64,000 nt of DNA from contig CAVSCS010000007.1 of assembly GCA_963726525.1 (NCBI GenBank), forward strand, positions 69,410-133,409, read 5' to 3'. Numbering within the stretch: the stretch's first letter is position 1; each line of letters starts with the position of its first letter. A model generated the notes under the pieces. The model saw only the letters and a list, made by a program, of their open reading frames with translations, had not been told where the DNA came from and did no database searches. The translations under genes and the position numbers were made by a program. The stretch comes from an uncultured Actinomycetota bacterium. GTDB lineage: Bacteria; Actinomycetota; Actinomycetes; Propionibacteriales; Nocardioidaceae. Shown one piece after another: positions 35,653-45,897 of this stretch.

Positions 35653-38600
35653 CTAGGGACGGGTCAGTCCCGTCGCGTGGCCCACCTCCTCGCCCTTCTC
35701 CTGGATGCACCCGCCGATGTCGCCCACCGAGCCCCAGGCGTCCTCCGGTGAACGGAGCCAGCCGTCGGCCCCGGTGAGGAACAGGTCGGTGACGCTGACC
35801 AGGTCGGCGGCGTTTCCGAGGGCGCCGGCAGCCCCGGCCTGGTCGGCCCACTCGAGGGCGTAGCCGGCCGCACCGACCCCGACGTCGAGACCCCGCTGTC
35901 CGGTCGCGTTCGGCACCGCCAGGGTGGACCCGCCCCCCGTGACGTGCTCGGCGGCGCAGGTGCCCAGGGACTTCGCCAGGTCGGAGGAGGCCTGGATCGT
36001 GGCGCCGGCCGTGCGCAGCCCGTCGACCACCGCGCCGTCGAGGCCGACCTTGTCCAGCACCCACGCGAGCCCGTCGACGGCGAAGGCCAGGGCGTCCATG
36101 ACGAACAGCACGGTGCCGGCGATCGAGGCGGCGAAGCCGAGGAGCGCCGCGGCGGCCCGCTGGACGAAGTTGGAGGCGACCGTGACGACGATCTCGAGGA
36201 CGGACGGATCGCGGTAGTCGGTCGTCACGGCGCGGTCACCGTGCATGACGACGACGGCCTGGAAACCCTGGCTCGCCGCGACTCCGCCCCACGAGTGGGT
36301 GTCGGCCTGGGCGTACTCCTGGACCGTCATGCCGACCTGCGTGCCGGCGATGTAGCGGCCCGCCTCGCCCGGGCAGTTGGGCGCGATGGTCACCCGCACC
36401 GACTTCGGGGTGGACAGCGAGAAGCACCGCGGCGCCACCGTCACCACGACCCGCGGGGTGTTGGCCCTTCCGTCGGCGTCGACGCCTGCCCACGGCCGCT
36501 CGCCGGCGGACAGGACGCGGCCGCCCACCTCGCTGCGCACCATGCGCCAGTAGGTGGCGCCCGCCGAGCTCAGCCCGATCTGCGCACGCGCGCCGGGGAT
36601 CGCCATGAGCGGGGCCAGGCAGCTGTCGCCGTCGGTCAGTACCCGGTCCGCGGACCGGGGCAGGCCGTTGGCCCACGGCTGCCAGGTGTCGAGCCACGAC
36701 CCGTCGGCCTTCTCGAAGCGGAGCTCGACGTCGAGCCGTGCGCAGTAGTCGATGCGCACCTGCGATCCCTCGGAGCGGCCCTCCCAGTCCAGCCGGTCGG
36801 TCTGGACCGTCAGCGTGCGCCGGGACGCCGCGTCGGAGATGTTCGCGTCCCAGGGGCGCCGCGACTCGGGGAACATTTCATCGATCCGGGTCGCATCGTC
36901 GGTCACCGAGATGAAGGGCAGCAGGCCGTCCTTGTTGGGATAGCCCCGGCCGCCGCCGCCGTCGGCCTGCACGCCGCTGATCCCGCCGCCGATGACCAGC
37001 CCGGCCGGGCACCGCGCGTCCTCCCCGCCCAGCACCGTGAAGGGGTAGCGCGCCGGGCGGGAGACCACGTTGGCCGGTCGGCAGGAGACGCCGCGGTAGC
37101 GCACGGTCATCTGCGTGTCCTGGGTGAGGAGCTCGCTGACGTAGAAGGGGTTGTAGGTCCCGCCGAAGACCCTCGCACCCGTGAGGTAGAACTCGCCGGG
37201 GTGGTACTGGTCCATGGCGTGGGTGGGCGCTTCGCTCGTGAGGCGCGTACCGCGCACGAACCAGCGACGACCGGTGCGGGTGAGGTTGGTGTAGGCGGTG
37301 CCCTTCAGCGCGACCTGGTCGGACTGGGTGGACGGCCGGATCGGGCAGTTGCCGGGCTGCAGCAGGGCGTCGACTCCCGGCATGCCGTCGGGGAGCGGGC
37401 CGCCCCCCACACGCTGGGTGCCGAGGAAGCGGGGAGTCCCGTCGGACTGGACCGGGATCCAGAAGTTGTAGTCGACGCTGACACAGTCCACGAAGGCGAA
37501 CTCGGCCGTCGAGGCACCCGACCTGCCCACGGTGACCGACCGCCGTGCGTCGACCGGCAGGGAGCCTGCTCCCACGAGGGGCTGCGGCTGGTTGCCGTCG
37601 ACCCAGGCGTGGACGTAGTTGCCGGGTCCCGCGACGGCCTGCAGCTCGAGGTTGGTCCCGCGCAGGAAGCCCGGCGCACCACCGGGCTGGCGGCAGCGCC
37701 CCAGGCGGTCCTCGAACGCGTGGTCAGGACCGGCCGGCACGCTGGCCGACCGCACCTGGATGGTGCCGCCGGCCCCGGCGCTGAGCGGGAGGGGCAGGCA
37801 CATGGTCGAGGTCATCCGGAACTGGGGACGCAGGGTCGTCTGGTCGTCGGTCAGGACGGTCGACCAGACGACGCGCTCCTCCGGCACCTTCGTGGCGCCG
37901 ACGACCCCCACCGCCTCGTACTCGTAGGCCGCCGGGTCGGGCGCACCGCTCGGGAGATGGCGCGGGTATGCCGCCCGGGGCACGACCCGGATCGTCGTGC
38001 CGCGCGCGTAGCGGCCGTAGCCCTGGGTCCGCAGCTGCTCGGACTCCGCGGCGCTGGTGCGCCGCGGGTCGGTGCAGTTGGGCTCGGTGAGCACGTCCAG
38101 GAGCCCGCGCGTGCGCACCGAGCGGCGGTAGGGCTCACCGTCGTTGGGGCGCAGGAAGTCCTCGGTCGCGGTGTAGAGCGTGACGCAGTCCGGCGCCCAC
38201 TCGACCTCGGAGAAGACCGCGACGTAGCCGTCGACGCGCATCGTGAGGGTCTCCTCGCGGCGCAGCGCGGAGCCGCCGGCCGTCTGGACGTAGAAGCCGA
38301 CGAACCGGTAGTTGGCGGGTGCGGGGCCGCCGGCCGAGATGTCCACGTCGGTGCCCTCCACGAACCCGTCGGTCCCACCGACACGGCACGAGCGACCCGC
38401 GAGGCGAGGTGCGGGGACGCGCTCGCCGGTCGGCGTGCCGTCCGTGCGGGCGTTCACCTGCAGGCAGCGCGGGGTGGCGACGAGGCCGAGGTCCTCGCTC
38501 GAGACGAGCGCGTCGCTGGTCGGGACGTAGGTCGCGACCACCCGTCGGCGCTGCTGGGCCAGCGGCTCGCGCGAGCCAGGGACCTCGAACGCGCACCGGC

Positions 38601-41600
38601 CGGCGGCGGCCGGGCCCTGGCACAGCGTGCGGGTGCCCTCCCCGTCGGACTGCAGGTCGACGCGGACGGTGCCGGTCGGCGCACCGGCGGACCCGAGCGG
38701 GTCGGAGACGGTCCAGCTCGCGACCTGGTCGGAGCCGACCAGCCACGACCCGCGCGAGGTGAGGGTGGTGCGGAGGCTGCTGCCGACCGCGGCCACCTGC
38801 AGGGTGCCGCGCTGCGACGACACCGGCTGGAAGCGGTCGTCACCGGAGTACTCCACGACCGTGAGGTAGGAGCCGGCCGGCATGCTGCGGGCCGGCAGGT
38901 CGCAGGAGCCGTCGGCGGCACGCTCGGCACGCACCGTGCACGACGCCCGCTCGAAGCCGTAGGGGTCGAGCACGCGCAGCGTGACGGTGCCGGTCGGCGC
39001 TGCGACGTGGTTCGGCCCGGCGAGGGAGAACCGGGCACGCCACGTGTCGCCGTAGGAGATGGATCCCGACGGCGCGGCCGAGACGGTCGGGACCAGCGGG
39101 TCGGCCCAGACGCTGAGGCCGGTGCGGCCCGCGCGGTAGTCGCGGCCGTCCCCTGTGGTGACCACCTCGTACGTCGTGCTGGTCCGGGTGGCCTGGAGCA
39201 GCCATGACGCGCGCCGCACCCCCGGGAGGAGCTGCTGCGGCGGACCCTGCACGACCCCGTCGGCCAGCAGCTGGAGCTCCATCCCCGCGTGCGGCCGCAG
39301 CACCTCGGGGGTCTGCAGGTCGAGCGTGAGGTCCACCGGGCCGCCGACCGTCGGCGTCCGGGTCGTGGAGAGCCGCATGAGGGTCGGGAAGGAGGCCACC
39401 GTGGTCGCGAACGGGGCGGACGTGGCCTCGAACAGCTGACCGCCGGGGTCTGCGTAGAGGTACTCGGCGGTGAACGTGGTCGCTCCCGCGTGGGAGGGGG
39501 TGACCTTGACCATGAGGTCCCAGCCGTAGGTGGGCCACGACGCGACGCCCACCTCGACGCCGAGGTCGTCGCGGATCACCACGGCGCTCGGGTACGGGCG
39601 ACGCGACGGCATCGAGCTGAGCTGCAGGTAGCCGGAGCTGCCGAAGGCCAGCGGTGCCACCTCGCGGATCGTGACCACCGGCCCGGGCTGCGGAGTGACG
39701 GTCACGGTGCCGGACACCGTGCTCGCCGCGACGTCGGACGACGACGGACGGAAGTCCGCACGCACCGCTCGGGGGCCGGGGCCGGCCACCGGCACGTCAG
39801 CGGAGGCCCGGCCCTGCTGCACCGGGCGGGTGGCGACCACGTCGCCGTTGACCCGGAACACGACCTCGCCGTCGGTGCCCCCGGCCGAGGAGACGGCCGC
39901 AGTCAGGCGCAACGCGGTGCCGGACTCGACCTGCTCGGGCAGGTCGAGCCATGCCGTCGAGGACGGGAACGGCCCGAGCTCGAGGTCGGGTGCGATCCAC
40001 TCCGCGGGTCGGTGCAGGTCGTCGCCGGAGTAGCGCACCTCGAGGCGGTTGCAGAAGCAGGCGTGGGCCAGCGGCAGGTCGAGGGAGGCGTCACCGCTCG
40101 ACAGGGTCGCGGAGTCGAGCACCCGTCCGGTCTGGCGGTCGTGGAGCTCGACGACGCCCGACGGGACGGGGTCGGTGTCGGGGAGGTGCACGGACAGGAA
40201 GGCGGCGCCGGGCCGGGCGTCCGGCGACCACTGCAGGAGCGGCGCTGCCGGGACGAGTCGCTCGACGACCACCCGGACCACGGCGGACGTGCCCTCGTGG
40301 TTGCCGTCGGTGGGCGAGAAGTGGACCCGCAGGTCGAGCGCACCCGGCGCCTCGGCCGTGAAGGTCACGGTGCCGGCGCCGTCGGTCATGGTGCCGGTGC
40401 CGACCACCGTGTCGTCACGGTCGCGCAGCACGAGCAGGCCCGTCCGTGCCCCGGCGACGCTGGTCACCACGACGGTCGCCGCCTCACGCCACGCGACGGG
40501 CTCCGCGGTCGCCGAGACCTCCGAGCGGGCGCGGGCCACGACGAGCCGGGTGAGGTCCGAGCGGACCGACTCGGTGGAGGCGGAGCCGACGACCTCGGCG
40601 CGGAGCGCGTGCTCACCGGCGTCGAGGACCGTCTGCCCGACGCGCCACTCGACGTCGCCGCCGGCGTCGGTCGTGCGGGAGTCGAGGACGGTCGTGCCGT
40701 CCAGCAGGCGCACCTCGGCGCCCGCGCGACCGGCGCCGCCGACGTGTGCGGACACCATGAAGTCGGGGTCGTCCCAGGTGCGGGCGGTCGGTGCGTCGAG
40801 GGTGACGGTGGTCGCGGCCGGGGCGACCTCCACCGAGACCTCCTCGGACGTCGACGACGCCCACCCGTTGTCCGGGCGCAGCACCGCGGAGAGGCGGTGG
40901 CTCCCGACGCCGAGCGGCACCTCGAGCCGCGCACGCCCGTCCACGAGCCGGGCCTGCACGAGCCTGCCGTCGTAGGTCACCTGCACGGTGCCCTGGGCGG
41001 GCCAGCGCTCGCCGCGGGACTCCACGTCGACCACGGCGGGCTCCCCGAGCCGGACGCGGGAGTCGACGACGGTCGCAGTCGTGGTGGTGGGCAGGTCCTG
41101 GGTCGTCACGTACTCCTCCCAGCGCGAGTCCTCGTGGAAGTCGTCCCCGAGGTAGGTCAGTCGCACGAAGGAGGCAGGCAGGTCGTCGACGTGCCACTGC
41201 GCGATGCCGTCGACCACGTCGACCTCGTGCGTCACGCCGCCGTTCTCGAACCGCATGGTGCCGGTGGGGAGCGGGACGTCGGGCTCGTCGTCGATGACCA
41301 GCGAGGCGGTGAGGACCGTCGGGGCGTGGAGCACCGTGGGGCGCGGCGCGCTCAGCTGCGGCAGCACCTGCTGGCGCACCCGGACCGTCAGGTCCTGCGA
41401 CGTGACCGGGGTCGAGGACCCGTCGACGGTGAGCCTGGCCCGGACCAGGTGGGGCCCTTGCGCGAGCCCGAAGACCCGGAAGCGGGCCGTCTGGTCGGCG
41501 TCGAGCCGCACCGGGTCGCCGAGGCTGCCGTCCGGGCCGAGGAACTCGACCCAGCCGCCCCCGACCGGGGTGTCGGGGGACACCGCGAGGACCAGGTCGA

Positions 41601-43689
41601 CCGCGTCCCCGGGCCGCACGACCTCGGGGGTGGAGGTGAGGGTCAGCTCCAGCTCGGGCGCCGTCTCGGTCGAGACCTGCACGGCCCCGGCGTCGCAGAC
41701 CGACGCCACCCGGCCCACGCCGCGCTGGTCGGCGTACTCGCACCGGTCGGCGGTGGCCGCGAGCAGCACGCCGGCCTCCGGGCCGGGGACCAGCACGGGC
41801 GTCAGGTCGCCGTCCGCCAGCTCGAGGGGCCCGAACGGGCCCGGGGCCGCGGTGGTGCCCTCGCAGGTGCCGTCGGGGTCGACGTTGCCCGTCTCCCCGG
41901 GGGTCATCGCCTCCGAGAGGCGTGCGCAGGCGACGTCGGAGTCGTTCACGGAGACGGCCGAGTTGACCACCGAGAGCCCGAAGCCGTCGGCCGAGCCCGC
42001 GACACCGCCGCCGACGACGGTGACGTGCACGAGCTCGCCGTCACCGAGGACCGCACCACCGGCCCGGGTCGAGGCGGTGTTGCCCACCAGGGTCGAGTTG
42101 ACCAGGACGACCTGGCGCGCGGCCACGGCGCCACCGGAGCCCGCCGGCGCGTGGTTGTCATGGAACGTCGAGGTGGTGGCGCGCACGCTGCGACCGGCGA
42201 CCGCGCCGCCGTCGCCGCCCGTGGTGACGTTGTCGACGAACACCATGTCCTCGAGCGACACCGACGGTCCGTCGCTGCTCAGGCCCGCACCGCCGGCCGC
42301 GCTCCGTCCACCCGTGACCTCCAGGCCACGCAGGACGACCTGGCCGCCCTCGGCCTCCGGGTCGCCCTCGGCGCGCACCGCCCGGAACGCACCATGGGCG
42401 TCGAGGACGACACCGTCGCGGGTGCCGTCCAGGACGACCCCCGGGGCGAGCACGAGCGTGTCGAGGAGGTCGATGGTGCCGGTCACGTCGAAGTCGACGA
42501 CGTCACCGCCGCGGGAGGCGGCCTCGGCGACCGCGGCGCGGACGCCGCAGGACGACCCGGCGTCGACGCACTCGCCCGGGACGGGCAGGGTGTCGGCGAG
42601 CGTGGTCACGACCAGGCCGGCGTCACCCGGCCCCTGCACCGAGGTCGGCAGCCCGCCGGGGAGCACCGGTGCGACCGCGGACGCCGCGCCCCCGGCGAGG
42701 ACCAGCAGTCCCGGAGCCATCGGCGCGACGAGAGCCACGACCGTGACCGTGGCGACCGACGCGAGCCGGGCAGGTGTCCACAGGCCGCGTCGGCCACCTG
42801 CCTGACGCCGGTCGGGCGTCGCGGCCGGCAGGGGCGTGTCCTCGCCCCGGCGGTGCGCCAGCCACCCGAGTGCGGCACCGGCCACGGCGAGCGCGGCTGC
42901 GAGGCAGCCCATCAGCCCGAGGAGGCCGAGCCCGGTGCGTCCCAGGGTGGCGTCGGGACCAGCGAGCAACGAACGACCCGTGCGCCCGAGCAGCCACCCG
43001 GCGCCGAGGACCGGCGCGGTCCCCAGCAGGACAGCGCCCCGCGCGACCAGGCGCTGGTGGACGGCACGGCGCGCGACGTCGCGGACGGGGGCTCCGCAGA
43101 CGAGGCCGGCCCACATGACCGGGATCGCCACCAGGAGTGCTGCCGGGACCGCGAACGGCACCGCCAGCCACAGGGCGCGCAGGCCCGCGGACCTGCCCCC
43201 ACGACGCGCGCGCACGCCCGCCCAGAGCAGCGCGACGACGGCGGTGGCCCACCAGAGCCTGCCGCTCGCCCCCGCACCGACCACGGCGAGCGCGGCCAGG
43301 CCCACCATCGCGGGCAGGGCGCGCCACGCACGCCTCCAGGCCGACGTGAGGGACGACCGGGACCCGGAGAGCCGCTGGCGCACCAGGACCGCGGCCGAGG
43401 CGATGGCGAGCAGGGAGCCGACCGTGCCCGCCAGGGCGAGCACCGCGGTGGGCAGGAGCGCGAGGCCGACGACCGCGTGGCCACCGGGCTCGTCGACGAG
43501 CAGGACGGGGACCCGGACCAGCAGGAGGCCCGCCCACCCGAGCACGACCGCGACGACGAGGGCGCCGCTCACCGTGACGGCGACCCGGGCGAGCGTCGAC
43601 GGCACGCTCCCGGGCTGCGGCAGGGACCGGGCGGGCTGCATCGTCACGACGTACTTCTTCCGAGTCGTGGGAGCCGCGCGCGACCGCAC
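35653..43689 (-). CDS. Giant (2678-codon) membrane-anchored surface protein: N-terminal multi-TM region, CSLREA/beta-helix-like region, ~11 Ig-like modules, 7 Cys-pair modules, C-terminal TM hairpin and tail
   Basis: This is a single uninterrupted ORF with consistent G/C at third codon positions. Residue ranges from my own count: hydrophobic helices 33-340; CGVRAAVAEA plus GGAV/GGAG-type repeats 355-670; ~95-aa beta-rich repeats 675-1738; Cys-pair modules 1739-2490; hydrophobic 2498-2546. The start is uncertain (GTG at 43689 or ATG at 43641). Confidence 0.75.
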   Translation of the reverse strand: MRSRAAPTTRKKYVVTMQPARSLPQPGSVPSTLARVAVTVSGALVVAVVLGWAGLLLVRVPVLLVDEPGGHAVVGLALLPTAVLALAGTVGSLLAIASAAVLVRQRLSGSRSSLTSAWRRAWRALPAMVGLAALAVVGAGASGRLWWATAVVALLWAGVRARRGGRSAGLRALWLAVPFAVPAALLVAIPVMWAGLVCGAPVRDVARRAVHQRLVARGAVLLGTAPVLGAGWLLGRTGRSLLAGPDATLGRTGLGLLGLMGCLAAALAVAGAALGWLAHRRGEDTPLPAATPDRRQAGGRRGLWTPARLASVATVTVVALVAPMAPGLLVLAGGAASAVAPVLPGGLPTSVQGPGDAGLVVTTLADTLPVPGECVDAGSSCGVRAAVAEAASRGGDVVDFDVTGTIDLLDTLVLAPGVVLDGTRDGVVLDAHGAFRAVRAEGDPEAEGGQVVLRGLEVTGGRSAAGGAGLSSDGPSVSLEDMVFVDNVTTGGDGGAVAGRSVRATTSTFHDNHAPAGSGGAVAARQVVLVNSTLVGNTASTRAGGAVLGDGELVHVTVVGGGVAGSADGFGLSVVNSAVSVNDSDVACARLSEAMTPGETGNVDPDGTCEGTTAAPGPFGPLELADGDLTPVLVPGPEAGVLLAATADRCEYADQRGVGRVASVCDAGAVQVSTETAPELELTLTSTPEVVRPGDAVDLVLAVSPDTPVGGGWVEFLGPDGSLGDPVRLDADQTARFRVFGLAQGPHLVRARLTVDGSSTPVTSQDLTVRVRQQVLPQLSAPRPTVLHAPTVLTASLVIDDEPDVPLPTGTMRFENGGVTHEVDVVDGIAQWHVDDLPASFVRLTYLGDDFHEDSRWEEYVTTQDLPTTTTATVVDSRVRLGEPAVVDVESRGERWPAQGTVQVTYDGRLVQARLVDGRARLEVPLGVGSHRLSAVLRPDNGWASSTSEEVSVEVAPAATTVTLDAPTARTWDDPDFMVSAHVGGAGRAGAEVRLLDGTTVLDSRTTDAGGDVEWRVGQTVLDAGEHALRAEVVGSASTESVRSDLTRLVVARARSEVSATAEPVAWREAATVVVTSVAGARTGLLVLRDRDDTVVGTGTMTDGAGTVTFTAEAPGALDLRVHFSPTDGNHEGTSAVVRVVVERLVPAAPLLQWSPDARPGAAFLSVHLPDTDPVPSGVVELHDRQTGRVLDSATLSSGDASLDLPLAHACFCNRLEVRYSGDDLHRPAEWIAPDLELGPFPSSTAWLDLPEQVESGTALRLTAAVSSAGGTDGEVVFRVNGDVVATRPVQQGRASADVPVAGPGPRAVRADFRPSSSDVAASTVSGTVTVTPQPGPVVTIREVAPLAFGSSGYLQLSSMPSRRPYPSAVVIRDDLGVEVGVASWPTYGWDLMVKVTPSHAGATTFTAEYLYADPGGQLFEATSAPFATTVASFPTLMRLSTTRTPTVGGPVDLTLDLQTPEVLRPHAGMELQLLADGVVQGPPQQLLPGVRRASWLLQATRTSTTYEVVTTGDGRDYRAGRTGLSVWADPLVPTVSAAPSGSISYGDTWRARFSLAGPNHVAAPTGTVTLRVLDPYGFERASCTVRAERAADGSCDLPARSMPAGSYLTVVEYSGDDRFQPVSSQRGTLQVAAVGSSLRTTLTSRGSWLVGSDQVASWTVSDPLGSAGAPTGTVRVDLQSDGEGTRTLCQGPAAAGRCAFEVPGSREPLAQQRRRVVATYVPTSDALVSSEDLGLVATPRCLQVNARTDGTPTGERVPAPRLAGRSCRVGGTDGFVEGTDVDISAGGPAPANYRFVGFYVQTAGGSALRREETLTMRVDGYVAVFSEVEWAPDCVTLYTATEDFLRPNDGEPYRRSVRTRGLLDVLTEPNCTDPRRTSAAESEQLRTQGYGRYARGTTIRVVPRAAYPRHLPSGAPDPAAYEYEAVGVVGATKVPEERVVWSTVLTDDQTTLRPQFRMTSTMCLPLPLSAGAGGTIQVRSASVPAGPDHAFEDRLGRCRQPGGAPGFLRGTNLELQAVAGPGNYVHAWVDGNQPQPLVGAGSLPVDARRSVTVGRSGASTAEFAFVDCVSVDYNFWIPVQSDGTPRFLGTQRVGGGPLPDGMPGVDALLQPGNCPIRPSTQSDQVALKGTAYTNLTRTGRRWFVRGTRLTSEAPTHAMDQYHPGEFYLTGARVFGGTYNPFYVSELLTQDTQMTVRYRGVSCRPANVVSRPARYPFTVLGGEDARCPAGLVIGGGISGVQADGGGGRGYPNKDGLLPFISVTDDATRIDEMFPESRRPWDANISDAASRRTLTVQTDRLDWEGRSEGSQVRIDYCARLDVELRFEKADGSWLDTWQPWANGLPRSADRVLTDGDSCLAPLMAIPGARAQIGLSSAGATYWRMVRSEVGGRVLSAGERPWAGVDADGRANTPRVVVTVAPRCFSLSTPKSVRVTIAPNCPGEAGRYIAGTQVGMTVQEYAQADTHSWGGVAASQGFQAVVVMHGDRAVTTDYRDPSVLEIVVTVASNFVQRAAAALLGFAASIAGTVLFVMDALAFAVDGLAWVLDKVGLDGAVVDGLRTAGATIQASSDLAKSLGTCAAEHVTGGGSTLAVPNATGQRGLDVGVGAAGYALEWADQAGAAGALGNAADLVSVTDLFLTGADGWLRSPEDAWGSVGDIGGCIQEKGEEVGHATGLTRP

Positions 43690-43798
43690 GCCCCCAGCGG
43701 TGTGTGGGGGCCTGGACGACCCGCCTGCCCATCCTCTCCCGGACCGGGCGTCCGCCGTGGCGCTTCGCGAGATCCCGCGACGTCCGGTGACCGGTGCG

Positions 43799-45829
43799 TC
43801 AGATCGACAACGGGTCGACCTGCACGCGGACCGGATCGAGCTTGCGGGCCGAGCGCATCCGCTGCAGGTCGCCGAGCGAGCGGGACAGGGCCGGGCCGCG
43901 GGCCCACGGCACCCGCAGCACGACGCGGTGCTCGTCGCCGGACGGCACCGGGCCCAGCACCTCGCCGCCCTCCGGCAGGTCGAGGAGGTGGAGGGCGTCG
44001 TCGAGCGCGCCGAGGTCGCCGGTGAGGGTCGCGATGCGGGCGGCCGGCGGCAGGTGCGCGGCCGCGCGCTCCTCGACCTCGCGCTGCGCGAAGCCCGCGG
44101 GGTCCCAGCTCACCAGCGCCTGGAGCACCGGGTGGGCGGGGTCGCCGACCGCGACGACGTGCCCGCCGCGGCGGGCCAGGGCGGCGGCGTTGAGCCACCG
44201 GCGCAGCGCCTCCTCCGTGGCCCGCATGTCCTCGCGGGCCAGGCTGAGCCACGTGTCGAGGACGACCACGGCGGCGTAGCCCCCCTCGGCCACCGGTTCG
44301 GCGCCGACCGTCGCGACGACCAGGTCGGGGTGGTCGGAGACGCTGGCCAGCACGCGGTCCCCGCTGGAGCTGCGCACCGTCGTGCCGGGGAACATCCGGC
44401 CGAGCTCCTCGGCGGTGCGCGCCTCGCCGCGCACCGGGGCCCGCAGGCCGCGACCGCCGCAGGTCGGGCACGACCACGCCTCCTCGCGGTGGCCGCACCA
44501 CCGGCACTGCGGCGGGTCGGCGGGGCGGGGGATGGTGAGCGGGCCGGTGCAGACGGTGCAGCGCGCCGGGGTGCGGCACGTGTCGCAGGCGAGGGCGGCG
44601 GCGTAGCCGGCCCGCGGCGTCTGGACGAGGACCGGCCCGGCCTGCAGTCCGCGGCGGATCGCGTCGTAGGCCGCGCGGGGCACGCGGGTGCCGACCGAGC
44701 GGTCCTCGGCCGCCACGGCCTCCACGCGGACGCGCTGACGCAGCGCGGCCCGGGGCGTGACGAGCTCGTGCGCCCACCCGGAGGCGAGCAGGTGCTGCGC
44801 CTCGGGGGTGCGGGCCACGCCGCCGACGAGCACGGCGGTGCCCTGCTGCTCGGCGCGGGTGAGAAGCACCTCGCGGGTGTGGGGGTAGGGCGCTCGCGGC
44901 TCGGCGTGCAGGTCGTCGCCGTCGTCCCACACCACCACGAGCCCGAGGTCGTGGACGGGGGCGAAGGCCGCCGAACGGGTGCCGACCACCACCCGCCGCG
45001 CGCCGCGGGACACGGCGAGGAAGTGGCGGTAGCGCGCCGCCGGTCCGTCGTCGGCCGTCAGGCACACGTGGTGCCCCTCCCCCAGCCGCGCCAGCAACGC
45101 CGCGTCGACCCGGTCGACGTCGCGCCGGTCGGGCACGCAGACGACCGATCCCCGGCCCGAGGCGTACGCCGCCGCCACCGCGTCGGCGACCATGGCGGGC
45201 CAGTCGTCGGCCGGGGCGGCCGACCACACCGCACGGGGCGACCCGCCGTCGGCCAGACGTCGCAGGAAGGGCTCGGCGTGCTCGACCTCCGCCCAGGTCG
45301 TGGGCCTCGCCTCGCCCGGCGTCGGCGGTCGGCGGGCGGGGGATGGGTCCGTGACGGTCTTCTCGGCGGCCGCGTGGCGCGGAGGGACCGCGAGCCTGAG
45401 CACGTCGGACCGGGCGCCGGCGTAGCGCCGGGCGAGGGTCTCGGTCAGCAGCGCGACCTCGGGCGAGAGCACCGGCTCCGCGCTCACCACCCGCCGCAGG
45501 GGCTGGAGCCGTCCGGTGTGGTCGGTGGTGGACGCCCGCTCGACGACGAACCCGTCGACGTCCTGGCCCGCGAAGCGCACCTTGACCCGCGCCCCGGGCA
45601 CGGCCGTGCCCGCCATCGCCGTCGGCACGGCGTAGTCGAAGGGGCGGTCGAGGTGCGCCAGCGCGATGTCGACGAGCACCCGAGCGACGGGGTCGGCCTC
45701 CGCGGGCTCCCACGCCGCGGCAGTGCGCCGGCGGGTCGCCGCCGCCTTGGCGCGGGCATCGTCCACGGCAGCACGAAGCCCCGGGAGCATGTCTGCTTCC
45801 GGGGCCTCGTGCTCGCTCATGGGGCGCAT
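43799..45829 (-). CDS. priA: Primosomal protein N' (replication restart helicase PriA, actinobacterial type)
   Basis: 676 aa with the N-terminal HLDRPFDYAVP motif, the Cys4 zinc-binding CDTCRTPARCTVCTGPL...CRWCG and a degenerate helicase core, as in Rv1402. Alternative starts at 45820 and 45790. Confidence 0.85.
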   Translation of the reverse strand: MRPMSEHEAPEADMLPGLRAAVDDARAKAAATRRRTAAAWEPAEADPVARVLVDIALAHLDRPFDYAVPTAMAGTAVPGARVKVRFAGQDVDGFVVERASTTDHTGRLQPLRRVVSAEPVLSPEVALLTETLARRYAGARSDVLRLAVPPRHAAAEKTVTDPSPARRPPTPGEARPTTWAEVEHAEPFLRRLADGGSPRAVWSAAPADDWPAMVADAVAAAYASGRGSVVCVPDRRDVDRVDAALLARLGEGHHVCLTADDGPAARYRHFLAVSRGARRVVVGTRSAAFAPVHDLGLVVVWDDGDDLHAEPRAPYPHTREVLLTRAEQQGTAVLVGGVARTPEAQHLLASGWAHELVTPRAALRQRVRVEAVAAEDRSVGTRVPRAAYDAIRRGLQAGPVLVQTPRAGYAAALACDTCRTPARCTVCTGPLTIPRPADPPQCRWCGHREEAWSCPTCGGRGLRAPVRGEARTAEELGRMFPGTTVRSSSGDRVLASVSDHPDLVVATVGAEPVAEGGYAAVVVLDTWLSLAREDMRATEEALRRWLNAAALARRGGHVVAVGDPAHPVLQALVSWDPAGFAQREVEERAAAHLPPAARIATLTGDLGALDDALHLLDLPEGGEVLGPVPSGDEHRVVLRVPWARGPALSRSLGDLQRMRSARKLDPVRVQVDPLSI

Positions 45830-45897
45830 TCAACCAGCGCCCTCCGACGGACCGTGCAGCCGTCCGTCAGGGCTGTGGACGGGGTCACCCCGACGTC

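Noticed and set aside
35653-43689. Giant protein as an Rhs/polymorphic toxin, a sortase-anchored adhesin or an NRPS/PKS
   Set aside because: There are no YD/Rhs repeats, no LPXTG motif, no condensation/adenylation/KS motifs, no downstream immunity-like small ORF and no recognisable C-terminal toxin domain.
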